Shown here piece after piece: positions 50,454 through 62,889 of a stretch of DNA of 64,000 nucleotides (the stretch's first letter is position 1; the number at the start of each line of letters is the position of its first letter). The notes beneath the pieces are model-generated. The model saw only the letters and a program-made list of their open reading frames with translations, ran no database searches and was not told the DNA's origin. Source of the stretch: an uncultured Gemmatimonadaceae bacterium (lineage in GTDB: Bacteria; Gemmatimonadota; Gemmatimonadetes; Gemmatimonadales; Gemmatimonadaceae). A program made the position numbers and the translations under genes. Location: positions 3,040,001 to 3,104,000 of the forward strand of contig CAWJMB010000002.1 of NCBI GenBank assembly GCA_963843845.1, written 5' to 3'.

Positions 50454-53222
50454 CTAACGATGTGGCCGGTCGTGCACGTACCACGAGGCGGGGACGCGCT
50501 GCGGCGCGACCCCGGGTCCCTCGACCCACAGCTCCAGCGCCCGCGGCCCGTAGGCCTGGAAGTACGTCAGCGTGATCGGGTGCAGCCCGCCGCCCAACGC
50601 GATCTGCCCCGGCGTCTCGGTCGTCGTCGGCGACTGGCCGACCGACCAGAAGACGTTGCGGTCGCCGACCCAGAGCGCCGCCCCGTCGTCCGAGCGCGCC
50701 GTGAACGTGTAGACGCCGGCGCGCGGCACGCGGAGGTAGCCGGTGAAGCGCAGCCCGAACAGCTCGGTCGTGTCGGCGACGCCCAACGCGACATCGCGCG
50801 CGACGCCCGTCTTCCGCGGCGCGATGTCCTTCGCCTGCACGTCCGGACGCTCGAGCTGCCAGCGCACCGGCCAGTTCATGCGGTACGCCGGCTCGGTCGT
50901 CGTGTCGGCGTAGAACGCGTACGCCAACCCCGGCGCGAGCCGTTCGGCGGCGATCCGCACCGGGGCGCGGCCGGGCCCCTTCACGTAGTCGACGCGCGCC
51001 TCGGGGGCCGCGGCGCCGGCGCCGAACGCGCGCGCCCGCACGGTCGTCGTCGCGCGCACCGTGAACGGCGCGCGGTAGCGTGGGCTCGTCGCGGTCGGCG
51101 CACTGCCGTCGGTCGTGTAGCGCACCTCGGTCGGCGTGCCCTGCGTGATGCGCACTCGCACCGCGTTCGTGAACTCGCCGAGCTCGGGCTGGATGTACGG
51201 TGCGTAGCCGCGGTTCACCGCCGCCGTCCGCGCCGTGTCGAACTTCGCGACCGCGCGGTCGTAGGTCAGGAAGCCGTTCAGCTCGACCTCGACGTCGGTG
51301 AGCTGTGTGTAGACGCCGGCGCTCATCGCGTGCGAGTCGCGCAGATCCCACATGCGCTTCGTCAGCAGCTCGTAGCGCGCGGCGAGCGAGTCGCGCGACG
51401 GGAACAGCCCGCCGTATCCCCACGCGTCGCCGGCCCACGCGTGTCCGGGTTCCTTGTAACCGAGCCCGCCGAACTCGCCGACGACCGACGCACGCGCCGC
51501 CGTGCCCCACATCGCCTGCGGGCCCTGATAGCGGTGCACGTCGATGATGTCGCCGACCTGCCCGTGCTGCCACCCGGAGACGTCGTTGATCGTCCGGCTC
51601 GAGTCGAGCCGCCGCACGATGCCGACGATGCGCTCGGTGTCGAACTGCCCCCACTTCTCGTTGAACGGCACCCACGTCACGATCGACGGGACGTTGTGCA
51701 GTTGCGCCAGCATGCCGCGCAGCTCGCGCTCGAACGCCTGCCGCGCCGCCGGCGAGTCGTTCCACCCGCTCGGCATGTCCTGCCACACGGCGAGTCCGAG
51801 CTTGTCCGCGTAGTAGTACCAGCGCGCCGGCTCGACCTTGATGTGCTTGCGCACCATGTTGAAGCCGAGCGCCTTGATCATCTCGACGTCGGCGCGGAGC
51901 GCGGCATCGGTCGGCGCCGTGTAGAGCCCGTCCGGCCACCACCCCTGGTCGAGCGGCCCGAGCTGGAACTCGGCCCGGCCGTTGAGCGCGAGGCGCGCCT
52001 TGCCCTGCGCGTCGGTCACGAGCCCCGACGTCCGCATGCCGAAGTAGCTGTCGACGCGGTCGATCTCGCGGCCGCCGTCGACGAGCGTCACGCGGAGGTC
52101 GTAGAGAAACGGGTCGTCCGGACTCCACAGGTGCGCGTTCGGCACCGGCACGCGGAGCGGCGCGCCGACGGCGCCTTCGGCCCGTCCGACCTCGCGCCCG
52201 GCGGACGAGGCGACGGCGACGACGCGCTGCCCCGCGGTGGTGCCGCGCCCGGTCACCGTGAGTCGCAGCACGCTCGCGCCAGCCTGGCGCGAGCCGGGCG
52301 ACGGGTCGGGCGACGGGTCGGGTGTCATGCGCAGCGAGGCGACGCTCGACGCTGGCACCGGCTCGAGCCACACCGTCTGCCAGAGCCCCGTCACCGGCGT
52401 GTACCAGATCCCTTCGGCGGCGCTCACCTGCTTGCCGCGCGGCTGGCCGAACTCGTCGGTCGGGTCCCACACGGAGACGACGAGCTGCTGCGCCGCAGCG
52501 GGCACGAGGGCGTCGGTGACGTCGACGGTGAACGCCTCGTAGCCGCCGCGGTGGCGCGTCAGCTCGCGGCCGTTCACGACGACGGCGCACTCCCAGTCGC
52601 ACGCGCCCACGTGCAGCAGCAGCCGCTCCCCGACGGCGAGGTCGGCGGGGCGCGTGAAGGTGCGCCGGTACGCCACACGCTCGGCGTGCGCGCCGACGCC
52701 GGAGAGAGCGGCCTCGGGGGCGAACGGCACGAGGATGCGGCGGTCGAAATCACCCGGCGCGGCGCCGGCCGGCGGCGTGCCGTCGGATCGCGACGGGTGC
52801 GCGAGACGGTACGGGTCGCGCCCCGGCGTCGGCGTGCGGGTCGGGCCGCTCGCGAACTCCCACAGGCCGTTCAGCGACTGCCAGCGGGGGCGCACGAGCT
52901 GCGGGCGCGGGTACTCCGGGAGCACGGCGTCGGGACGCACGTCGGCGGCCCACCGCGTCAGCATCCGCGCGGGAGCGGGGCGCCAGGCGGGCGCCGTGCC
53001 GCCCGGTGTCGCCGCCGCCGCCGCGGGCGCCGCGGGCGCCGCGGGCGCCTGCGCAGCCGTCACCGGCGCCGCGCCAGGCACCGGCGCGGCGGGCGTCACG
53101 GGCACCGGCGTCGGCGCCGGCGAGCAGCTGGCGCCGAGGACGAGCGCCGCGAGCGCGCGGCGCGCGGCACGGCGGCTCGTCGGCACGGTCGCGCGGTCGG
53201 ACGGAAGAGCGGGTCGACGCAT
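50454..53222 (-). CDS. GH2 glycoside hydrolase (galactofuranosidase-like clade) with FN3/chitobiase-associated and PA14 domains, lipoprotein
   Basis: LGAS|C; LTRWAADV…LPEYPRPQL, WYTPVTGLWQTVWLEPV, LDQGWWPDGLYTAP, FNEKWGQ, GEFGGLG, YTQLTDVE; YTTDGSAPT; PA14 FTGYLRVPRAGVYTF…SDDG. Confidence 0.9.
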   Translation of the reverse strand: MRRPALPSDRATVPTSRRAARRALAALVLGASCSPAPTPVPVTPAAPVPGAAPVTAAQAPAAPAAPAAAAATPGGTAPAWRPAPARMLTRWAADVRPDAVLPEYPRPQLVRPRWQSLNGLWEFASGPTRTPTPGRDPYRLAHPSRSDGTPPAGAAPGDFDRRILVPFAPEAALSGVGAHAERVAYRRTFTRPADLAVGERLLLHVGACDWECAVVVNGRELTRHRGGYEAFTVDVTDALVPAAAQQLVVSVWDPTDEFGQPRGKQVSAAEGIWYTPVTGLWQTVWLEPVPASSVASLRMTPDPSPDPSPGSRQAGASVLRLTVTGRGTTAGQRVVAVASSAGREVGRAEGAVGAPLRVPVPNAHLWSPDDPFLYDLRVTLVDGGREIDRVDSYFGMRTSGLVTDAQGKARLALNGRAEFQLGPLDQGWWPDGLYTAPTDAALRADVEMIKALGFNMVRKHIKVEPARWYYYADKLGLAVWQDMPSGWNDSPAARQAFERELRGMLAQLHNVPSIVTWVPFNEKWGQFDTERIVGIVRRLDSSRTINDVSGWQHGQVGDIIDVHRYQGPQAMWGTAARASVVGEFGGLGYKEPGHAWAGDAWGYGGLFPSRDSLAARYELLTKRMWDLRDSHAMSAGVYTQLTDVEVELNGFLTYDRAVAKFDTARTAAVNRGYAPYIQPELGEFTNAVRVRITQGTPTEVRYTTDGSAPTATSPRYRAPFTVRATTTVRARAFGAGAAAPEARVDYVKGPGRAPVRIAAERLAPGLAYAFYADTTTEPAYRMNWPVRWQLERPDVQAKDIAPRKTGVARDVALGVADTTELFGLRFTGYLRVPRAGVYTFTARSDDGAALWVGDRNVFWSVGQSPTTTETPGQIALGGGLHPITLTYFQAYGPRALELWVEGPGVAPQRVPASWYVHDRPHR

Positions 53223-53224
53223 GG

Positions 53225-54344
53225 TCAGACGCGGGTGGTCGGGCGGCCGCGGGGCGCGCGGGGCAGCGCGTCGGCGGGGGCGGCGGCGGGCGCGGCGGCG
53301 GGCGCGGCGGTCGAGCCGCGCAGCACGAGCGGCGCGTCGAGCAGGATCTTCTCGGGGGTGACCGCCTGCCCCTGCTCGATCTGGCGGATGAGCATCTGCG
53401 CCGCGCGCTCGCCCATCTCGTACTTCGGCACGTGCACCGACGTCAGCGGCACCGCCAGGTACTCCGCGAGCGAGATGTCGTCGAAGCCCACGACCGAGAC
53501 GTCGTCGGGCACGCGCAGGCCGAGCTCTCGCAGCGCGCGACAGAGGCCGATGGCGACGAGGTCGTTGTAGCAGGTGACGCCGGTCGGACGCGGGCGGCGC
53601 GCGTCGGGGCCGAAGCACGCGACGCCCGCGCGCATGCCGTCGGCGAGGTGGGCGCCGGCACGCACGATCGTGTCCTCGGTGAACGCGAGGTGCGAGCCGC
53701 TGAACGCGCGGTGGACTCCGTCGACGCGCTCCTCGCTGTGCGCCGAATAGGACGGGCCGGCGAAGTGCACGACGCGCGTGTGGCCCAACGCGAACAGGTG
53801 CTCGACCGCGCGGCGCGACGCGTCGACGTTGTCGACGTCGACGATGCCGGCGCGCAGGCCGCGCACCTCCTCGAGCAGCACGAGCGGGACGTTGCGACGC
53901 TTGAGCTCGAAGAAGTGCGCGAGGTCGGCGTGCTCGTCGAGCACCGGCGTGGCGACGATGCCGTCGACGTCCTTCTCGCGCAGCAGCCGCACGGCCCGGC
54001 GCTCGGCGTCGTAGGCCCCCTCGGACGAGGCGACGAGCAGCGTGTAGCCCTGGGCGTCGGCGGCGGCGCGTGCGCCCGCGATGATGTCCGTGTAGTACGG
54101 GTTGTCGTAGCTCTTTGATGAGGACCGCGATGCTGCGATCGCGGCGCGCGACGGCGCGCCCGGCGAGCTGCGTCGGGCGGTAGTTCAGCAGCTCCATCGC
54201 CGTGAGGACGCGGTCGCGCGTCGTGTCGCTCACGCCATCGCCGTCGTTGAGCACGGCCGAGACGGTCGCTTTCGAGACCCCGGCCGACGCGGCGACGTCG
54301 GAGATCGTGGGACGCTTCACGGTCGTCGGTTCCCAGCCTGTCAT
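53225..54344 (-). CDS. LacI-family transcriptional regulator; frameshift near 54110
   Basis: PTISDVAASAGVSKATVSAVLN HTH; YRP; CYNDLVAIG; VPDDVSVVGFDD; LTSV. Confidence 0.95.
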
Positions 54345-54351
54345 GAATGTT

Positions 54352-54363
54352 CGAACCGGTTCG
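54352..54363. promoter_or_regulatory. Putative LacI operator 1 (CGAACCGGTTCG)
   Basis: Perfect 12-bp palindrome with central CG, just upstream of the lacI ATG. Confidence 0.8.
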
Positions 54364-54392
54364 GCACGGTTCGACCCCGTTCGGCGACGCTG

Positions 54393-54421
54393 AGTGTGGG
54401 AGCGCGCGGATTTATTGTCAA
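54393..54421 (-). promoter_or_regulatory. Putative sigma70 promoter for the lacI-GH-SusCD arm
   Basis: TTGACA (54421-54416), 17 nt, CACACT on the minus strand. Confidence 0.6.
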
Positions 54422-54498
54422 GGCGGGAATTCCCCGAACTCGCGCGTGCGGCGAGCGGCGACGCTCGCCGGGTCGACGCCGCGCGCCGACGCCGCCGC

Positions 54499-54526
54499 TT
54501 GACAACGCGCGATCCGCGCCAATACT
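54499..54526 (+). promoter_or_regulatory. Putative sigma70 promoter for the ABC-galTK arm
   Basis: TTGACA 54499-54504, 16 nt, AATACT 54521-54526. Confidence 0.6.
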
Positions 54527-54548
54527 CACTGAACGCGCCGAACTCGCT

Positions 54549-54560
54549 CGAACCGGTTCG
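54549..54560. promoter_or_regulatory. Putative LacI operator 2 (CGAACCGGTTCG)
   Basis: Identical palindrome (context TCGAACCGGTTCGGC in both copies), downstream of the + strand promoter. Confidence 0.8.
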
Positions 54561-54594
54561 GCCGACCGCGCCGTCTCCTTCCGCCCGACTCGCC

Positions 54595-55589
54595 ATGGCT
54601 CCTCGTATCCGGCGCCGCGCCGTGCGCGCACTGGCTCGCACCGTCACCACCGCGGCCGCCGTCGCCGCCGCCGCGCTCGCGCTCGCCGGCTGCGCGCGCA
54701 AGGGCGCCGACCAGTTCGTCGTCGGCTTCTCGCAGATGGAGTCGAACAACCCGTGGCGCATCGCCGAGACGAAGAGCCTGCGCGACGAGGCGCGCGAAGC
54801 GCGGCGTGCAGCTCGTCGTCACCGACGCGCAGGGGCAGACGGCGAAGCAGGTCTCCGACGTCGAGGACCTCATCGCGCGCCGCGTGAGTCGTCATCCTCC
54901 TCGCGCCGCGCGAGTTCGAGGGGCTCGCCCCCGCGCTCCAGGCCGCGAAGGCCGCGAACATCCCGGTCATCCTCGTCGACCGCGAGGCGAAGGGCACGGC
55001 CGGGCACCGACTACGTCACGCTCCTCGCGCTCGAACTTCGTCGAGCAGGGGCAGCGCGCCGCGGAGTGGCTCGCGCGGCCGACCGAACGGCAAGGCCGGC
55101 ATCGTCGAGCTCTCCGGCACGCCGGGCGCCTCGGTCGCCGCCGACCGCGCGCAAGGGGTTCCGCGACGGGCTCGCGAAGTACCCGGGCATGACAGATCCT
55201 CGCCTCGCAGACCGGCAACTTCTCCCGCGCGCAGGGCGAGCGCGTGATGCAGAACCTCGCGCAGTCGTTAGGCCGCAGGATCACCGCCGTCTACGCCCAC
55301 AACGACGAGATGGCGCTCGGCGCGATCCAGGCGCTGCAAGGCGGCCGGGCCGCAAGCCGGGGCAGGACGTGATCGTCGTCTCGATCGACGGCCAGCGCGC
55401 CGCGCTCGAAGCGATCGGCGCGGGCGAGCTCGGCGCGACCGTCGAGAGCAACCCGCGGTTCGGGCCGCTCGCCTTCGAGACGATCGAGAAGATACCGCGC
55501 AGGCGAGCCGGTGCCGACGAAGATCCTCGCTCACCGACCGGCTGTTCGACAAGACGAACGCGGCGCAGTTCGTCGCCGAGGCGTACTGA
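54595..55589 (+). CDS. Sugar ABC substrate-binding lipoprotein (YtfQ-like); frameshifted
   Basis: [61 protein letters not shown]. Confidence 0.88.
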
Positions 55590-55629
55590 CGGCAGGTCGA
55601 GCGGGTCAGCGACGGACCCCCGAGCCGCG

Positions 55630-57170
55630 ATGGCCGAGCCGGTCCTGCGGATGGAGGGGATCACCAAGCGGTTCGCCGGCGTCACCGCGCTCGACGGCGT
55701 CGGACTCGCGCTCGAGCGCGGCGAGGTGCACGCGCTCGTCGGCGAGAACGGCGCCGGCAAGTCGACGCTCATCAAGATCATGACCGGCGCCTACCGCCGC
55801 GACGGCGGCGCGATCCGCCTCGACGGCCGCGAGGTGGCGTTCGACACGCCGGCCGACGCGCAGGCGCGCCGGCGTCATCGCCGTGCACCAGGAGGTCCAC
55901 CTGCTCGACGCACCGCACCGTCGCCGAGAACGTCTTCCTCGGCGCGCGAGCCGCGGCGGTGGGGGTCTCGTCGACTGGACGCGCATGTTCGCCGACGCCG
56001 CGCGCGCTGTTCGCGCGGCTCGGCATCGACGTCGACCCGCGCGCGACGCTCGGCACGCTGCGCACCGCGCAGCAGCAGATGGTCGCCATCGCGCGCGGCG
56101 TGTCGTTGGGCGCGAAGGTGCTGGTCCTCGACGAGCCGACGAGCTCGCTCACCGACCGCGAGGTGACGCTGCTCTACGCGCTCATCCGCACGCTGAAGGC
56201 CGCAGGGCACGGCGGTCGTCTACATCAGCCACCGCTTCGACGAGCTCTACGCGATCTGCGACCGCGTCACCGTGCTGCGCGACGGAAAGTTCGTCGCCAC
56301 GCGCCCGCTCGCCGGCCTCGAGCGGATCGACCTCGTCTGCCTCATGCTCGGCAAGTCGCGCGACGCGCTCGCCGCCGGCCAGACGGCGTTCCAGCGCCGC
56401 CGACGCGCCGCCGGCGGGCGAGGCGCCGCTGCTGCGCGCCGACGCGCTGCGCCGCGGACAGAAGCTGCGCGGCGTGTCGCTCGACGTGCGCCGCGGCGAG
56501 GTCGTCGGCCTCGCCGGGCTGCTCGGCTCCGGCCGCAGCGAGACGGCGCGCGCGATCTTCGGCGCCGACCCGCTCGGACGGCGGCACGATCACGGTGCGC
56601 GGCGAGCGACTCGCGCCGACGTCGCCGGCCGACGCGATCGGCGCCGCGCATCGCCTTCGTCTCCGAGGACCGCAAGGCCGAGGGGATCATCCCGGAGCTG
56701 TCGGTGCGCGAGAACCTCACGCTCGCCGCGCTGCCCACGCTGACGCGCTTCGGCGTCGTCGACACGGCGACGCCAGCGCGCGATCGTCGACGAGTACATG
56801 ACGCCGCTTCGGCATCAAGGCGTCGAGCGCCGAGCAGCGGATCCGCGAGCTCTCCGGCGGCAACCAGCAGAAGGTGCTGCTCGCGCGCTGGCTGTGCACG
56901 CGCCCCGAGCTGTTCATCGTCGACGAGCCGACGCGCGGCATCGACATCGGGGCGCGCGGCGAGATCCAGGCGCTCGTCAACGAGCTGGCGCGCGACGGGC
57001 TCGGCGTGCTCATGATCTCGTCGGACCTGGAGGAGCTGGTGGAGGGGAGCACGCGCGTCGTCGTGCTGCGCGACGGGCAGGACGTCGGCGAGCTGCGCCG
57101 CGACGAGCTGACGCAGGGCGCGATCATCGAGGCGATGGCCGGCGCCGGACCGCCGGAGGTGGCGCCGTGA
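55630..57170 (+). CDS. Sugar ABC ATP-binding protein (two NBDs, YtfR/RbsA-like); frameshifted
   Basis: [49 protein letters not shown]. Confidence 0.92.
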
Positions 57171-58144
57171 CCGCCGCCGCCCCGCCGGTCGACCGCGCGG
57201 CGCCGCTCCCCCGCCGCCGCGGCGCGGCCACGCAGACGACGAGCGCGCTCGTCGCACTCGTGCTGCTCGTCGCCGCGCAACGCGCTGTTCACGCCGAACT
57301 TCGCGACGGCGAGCAACCTCTGGAACGTGCTGCTCCAGACGTCGACCGTCGCGCTCGTCGCGGTCGGCATGACGCTCGTCATCGCGACCGGCGGCATCGA
57401 CCTGTCGGTCGGCTCGGTCATGGCGATCGCCGGTGCCCTCGCCGCGACGCGCCTCGAGACGATGGGGATGGCGGTCGCGATCGTCGCCGGTCTCGTCGGC
57501 GCGCTCGCCGTCGGCGCGCTGAACGGCGCCCTCATCGCCCGCAACCGCATCCAGCCGATCGTCGTCACGCTCGCCACGCTGATCGCCGGGCGCGGGCTCG
57601 CGCAGGTGCTGAGCGACGACGGCCAGCTCGTGCCGATCCGCTCGGCCGGCGTTCTTCGTGCTCGGGCGCGGGCACGTCGGCCCCGTGCCGGCGCCGGTGC
57701 TCGTCGCCGTCGCCGTCGTCGCCGTCGCCGCGTTCGTGCTGCACGCCACGCCGTTCGGACGCTATGTCCTCGCGGTCGGCGGCAACGCGGCGGCGGCGCG
57801 GCTCGCCGGCGTGCCGGTGCAGCGCACGCTCATCACCGTCTACGCGCTGAGCGGCCTGCTGGCCGGCCTCGCCGGGCTGCTCGAGACGTCGCGCCTCGGC
57901 GCGAGCGACGGCGCGAAGATCGGGCTCAACATCGAGCTCGACGCGATCGCCGCGACGGTCGTCGGCGGCACCGCGCTCTCGGGCGGCCGCGCGACGATCC
58001 TCGGCACCGTCGTCGGCGCGCTCGTGATGCAGGTGATCGCGACGAGCTTCAACATGCTGCTCATTCCGTACGCGTGGTCGCTCGCGCTCAAGGCGCGTCA
58101 TCATCCTCGCCGCCGTCTTCGCGCAGCGACCGAGGCGGGTGTAA
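57167..58144 (+). CDS. Sugar ABC permease 1 (YtfT-like); frameshifted
   Basis: [48 protein letters not shown]. Confidence 0.9.
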
Positions 58145-58148
58145 CGCA

Positions 58149-58206
58149 CCCGTCGCGAGCGCCCGTCGCGAGCGCCCGTCGCGAGCGCCCTCGCGAGCGC
58201 CTCGCG
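58149..58206. repeat. 13-bp tandem repeat (CCCGTCGCGAGCG)x3 plus 2 shortened units between the permeases
   Basis: Units at 58149, 58162, 58175, then ccctcgcgagcg and cctcgcg. Confidence 0.8.
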
Positions 58207-58239
58207 CGGCGCGATCTTCGCAGAACCCGCCACGCCCTC

Positions 58240-59274
58240 ATGCCAGATCCCCTGCTCCGCCCCGCGACCGCCGGCTACCCGTCCGCCGCCGCCACCGCCC
58301 CGGTGCCCGCGGCCGGGCGTCGGCGCCGCTGGGCGTCGCTCGTGCAGCATCAGGGCGCGCTCATCGCGCTCGCCGTCGCCGTCGCGTTCGGCGCCGCGCG
58401 CTACGTCGCGTTCCCGACCCCGGAGAACGTGCTGAACGTGCTGCGGCAGAACAGCATGGTCGGGCTGCTCGCGCTCGGCATGACGTTCGTCATCCTCACC
58501 GGCGGCATCGACCTGTCGGTCGGATCGCTGCTCGCCGCGGCCGGCGTCGTCGCGGCGTCGCTCGCGGGGCAGGGCGCCACGGTCGCGATCGCCGCTGCCG
58601 TGGCCGTCGGGGCACTGCTCGGCGCGGCGAACGGCGTGGTCATCGCGAAGGGGCGCCTGCAGCCGTTCGTCGTCACGCTCGCGATGATGATCGCGGTGCG
58701 CGGCGCCGTGCTCGCGTTCACGCACGAGAACTCGGTCGGGGTCCCACCCGAGGCAGGAGCGCTGACGTGGCTGGGTCGCGGCACGCTCGGCGCCGTCCCG
58801 GTGCCGGTGCTCGTGCTCGCGCTGGCCTTCGCCGTCGGGTGGGTGGTGTTGCGCTACACGACGTTCGGCCGCCACGTCTATGCGGTCGGCGACGACGGCG
58901 AGGCGGCGAGGCTGCTCGGCCTCGACACCGACCGCGTCGTCATCGCGACCTATGCCGTGAGCGGCGCGCTCGCCGGGCTCGCCGGCGCGGTGCTCACCGC
59001 GCGGCTCGGCGCCGGCCAGCCGGTCGCCGGCACCGGGTGGGAGCTCGACGCGATCGCCGGCGTCGTCGTCGGCGGCACGCTGCTCACGGGCGGCGTCGGC
59101 GGCGCCGGACGCACGCTCGTCGGCGTCCTGTTGCTCGGCGTGATCCTCAACCTGCTGAACCTCGAGGGGACGTTCTCTCCGTGGTGGCAGTGGGTGATCC
59201 GCGGCGCGTTCCTCCTCGCCGTCGTCGTGGTGCAGGGACGCGTGCAGCGCAGTGCGGAGGCGGCCGGTGGCTGA
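58240..59274 (+). CDS. Sugar ABC permease 2 (YjfF/RbsC-like)
   Basis: [60 protein letters not shown]. Confidence 0.92.
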   Translation: MPDPLLRPATAGYPSAAATAPVPAAGRRRRWASLVQHQGALIALAVAVAFGAARYVAFPTPENVLNVLRQNSMVGLLALGMTFVILTGGIDLSVGSLLAAAGVVAASLAGQGATVAIAAAVAVGALLGAANGVVIAKGRLQPFVVTLAMMIAVRGAVLAFTHENSVGVPPEAGALTWLGRGTLGAVPVPVLVLALAFAVGWVVLRYTTFGRHVYAVGDDGEAARLLGLDTDRVVIATYAVSGALAGLAGAVLTARLGAGQPVAGTGWELDAIAGVVVGGTLLTGGVGGAGRTLVGVLLLGVILNLLNLEGTFSPWWQWVIRGAFLLAVVVVQGRVQRSAEAAGG

Positions 59275-60318
59275 CCTCGGCGAGCTGGCCCAGCATCCGC
59301 ACCGCCGGCGCAACGCGCTGACCGGCGAGTGGGTGCTCGTGTCGCCGCACCGCACGCAGCGTCCGTGGCTCGGCCAGGTCGAGACGCCGGCGGCCGCGAC
59401 CCGTCCGGCGCACGACCCGACGTGCTACCTGTGCCCCGGAAACGAGCGCGCCGGTGGCGCTCGCAACCCGCGGTACGAGCGCACGTTCGTGTTCGACAAC
59501 GACTACGCGGCCCTGCGGCCCGACGGACCGGACGCGGCAGTCGTCTCCGACGAGCTGCTCGTCGCGCAGACCGAATCGGGACGCTGCCGCGTGATCTGCT
59601 TCTCGCCCCGCCACGACCTCACGCTGCCGGACATGGACGTCGCCACGATCCGCACGGTCGTCGACGTGTGGGCCGAACAGTACGCCGCGTTAGGCGCCGA
59701 CCCGCGCATCAATCACGTGCAGATCTTCGAGAACAAGGGCGAGATGATGGGCGCGAGCAACCCGCATCCGCACGGACAGATCTGGGCGCAGGAGCAGGTG
59801 CCCCTGCACGCGACGCGCGAGCTCGAGCGGCAGCAGGCGCACTTCGATCGCCACGGCCGCACGCTGCTCGGCGACTATCTCGCGACCGAGCTCGCGCACG
59901 ACGAGCGCATCGTCGCCGCGAACGACGCGTTCGTCGCGCTCGTGCCGTGGTGGGCGGTGTGGCCGTTCGAGACCCTCGTCGTCGCGCGCCGGCCGGTCCC
60001 GCATCTCGGCCTGCTGAGCGACGCCGAGCGCGACGGGCTCGCGGAGATCGTGCAACGGCTCACGCGCCGCTACGACCAGCTGTTCCAGGTGTCGTTCCCC
60101 TACTCCGCCGGCATCCACCAGGCACCGACGGACGGCACCACGTACGACGCGTGCCACCTGCACCTGCACTTCTTCCCCCCGCTCCTCCGCTCGGCGACGG
60201 TGCGCAAGTTTCTCGTCGGCTACGAGCTGTTGGGCGAGCCGCAGCGCGACCTGACGCCGGAGAGCGCGGCGGAGCGGCTGCGCGCGGTCCCGGAGCTCCC
60301 GCTCGCGCGCGCCACCAC

Positions 60319-60322
<4 letters not shown>
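59267..60322 (+). CDS. galT: Galactose-1-phosphate uridylyltransferase
   Basis: [60 protein letters not shown]. Confidence 0.97.
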
Positions 60323-61524
<1,202 letters not shown>

Positions 61525-61664
61525 ACGATCCGGAACGTTCCGAACACGAACCGACCGGCTCGCCCGTCAGTGGCTGGAAGCGTCTCGAGCGTGACGCGCC
61601 GGTCCATCGTCAGGGTGCACGGTCGGTTCATGATCGAGATGGCTCCCAGCCCCACAGCTCCCGC

Positions 61665-62102
61665 CTACGCCGCGTACGCCAGACTCACCGCCCGCCGCGC
61701 CCCGCGCTTGAGCGCCCGGTGCACCGCGCGCGCGTAGCGCACGAAGTTCTCGCCGGCCCAGGGATAGAGCAGGAAGAACTCGGTCGGCAGCATGTCGGCC
61801 TTCATCCGGTTGCACGCCCCGCACGCCGCCACGAGGTTGCCGCGCATGTCCGGCCCGCCCTTCGAGCGCGGGTACACGTGGTCGACCGTCGTCTCGTCGG
61901 TCTGCAGCGCGACCGCGCAGTAGACGCAACGCCGACCGCAGTCGCGCAGCGCGTCCAGCTTCCGCGAGCGCTTCTTCAGTGTGTACAGCTCGACCATCTC
62001 ACGCGGCCCGCGCAGCCGGCGGCGCGGGGCGCGAGGAAGCAGCGCACGGTGCGCGCGGCGGTCGGAGCAGGCGGTGCGGCGAATCACGGCGGGCCGGGAC
62101 AT
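61665..62102 (-). CDS. Stand-alone HNH endonuclease (Zn-finger type)
   Basis: RCVYC…TVDHVYPRSKGG…NLVAACGACNRMK; start uncertain. Confidence 0.88.
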   Translation of the reverse strand: MSRPAVIRRTACSDRRAHRALLPRAPRRRLRGPREMVELYTLKKRSRKLDALRDCGRRCVYCAVALQTDETTVDHVYPRSKGGPDMRGNLVAACGACNRMKADMLPTEFFLLYPWAGENFVRYARAVHRALKRGARRAVSLAYAA

Positions 62103-62285
62103 GTGACCTCGTCGAGAGCAGGGTGCGTACAACGACGACGCCCCGCCTCGGGAGCGATCCCGGCGCGGGGCGTGGAGTGTGTCGGAAGGAGTCGACGCAT
62201 CGTACGAATGCTCAACGCACCTGGTGTGCCACGTGTTTCGAGGCAACCGACGCCCGCCGTCGCGCACACGGCGCGGGCGCCGAAC

Positions 62286-62792
62286 TCACCCGTCGCGCGA
62301 CGGCTGGTCTCCCGCGCGCCGTCGCTTCGGCTCCGGGTGGAGCGACGCGCGCATCGGGTTGCGGAGCGCCGAGCCGATGCGCGCCGCCATCGCGTCCAGC
62401 CGCGTGCGGTCGGGCATCGCCGAGCCGGCGAAGGGGAGCGGCACGTCGAAGCCGTCACCGGCTCGACGCGGAATGAGGTGCACGTGAAAGTGGAAGACGT
62501 CCTGCCCCGCCGCCGTGCCGCTGTTGACGACGATGTTCATGTCGTCGACCCCGGCGACTCCCTGGATGACCGGGATGAGCTTCACGGCGACGTCGTACAG
62601 GTGCCGCCCGACCTCGCTCGGGACGTCCTCGAGTCGCTCGTAGTGCTCGCGCGGCACGACGAGCACGTGCCCGTCGTTCACCGGCTGGACGTCCATGAAC
62701 GCGATCGCCGTCGCGTCGTCGTAGCACACCGACACTTCGGCCGCGCCCTGGATGATGTCGCAGAACGTGCAGTGCGTGGGCGTCTTCGGCAT
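62286..62792 (-). CDS. HIT-family nucleotide hydrolase
   Basis: CTFC, FMDVQP, GHVLVVPREH, NSG…AGQDVFHFHVHLIPR. Confidence 0.93.
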   Translation of the reverse strand: MPKTPTHCTFCDIIQGAAEVSVCYDDATAIAFMDVQPVNDGHVLVVPREHYERLEDVPSEVGRHLYDVAVKLIPVIQGVAGVDDMNIVVNSGTAAGQDVFHFHVHLIPRRAGDGFDVPLPFAGSAMPDRTRLDAMAARIGSALRNPMRASLHPEPKRRRAGDQPSRDG

Positions 62793-62889
62793 GCGGGGCT
62801 CGCAGGGCGGGCGTCGGTCGTGCGATTGGTGCTCTGTCGCGAACATCTCGGGGGGACCGGGGCGGCGCAAGAGTCTGACGGGCCGGCCG

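Noticed and set aside
50124..53570. Very long antisense or alternate-frame ORFs (e.g. 50124-53570+, 47705-50575+, 27585-30668+, 24181-26541-, 2633-5086+)
   Set aside because: Arg/Ala/Pro-rich shadow ORFs expected at this GC content, overlapping well-supported genes
61665..62102. Cas9/IscB-type RNA-guided nuclease
   Set aside because: Too short; no RuvC or PLMP motifs; no array or transposon ends
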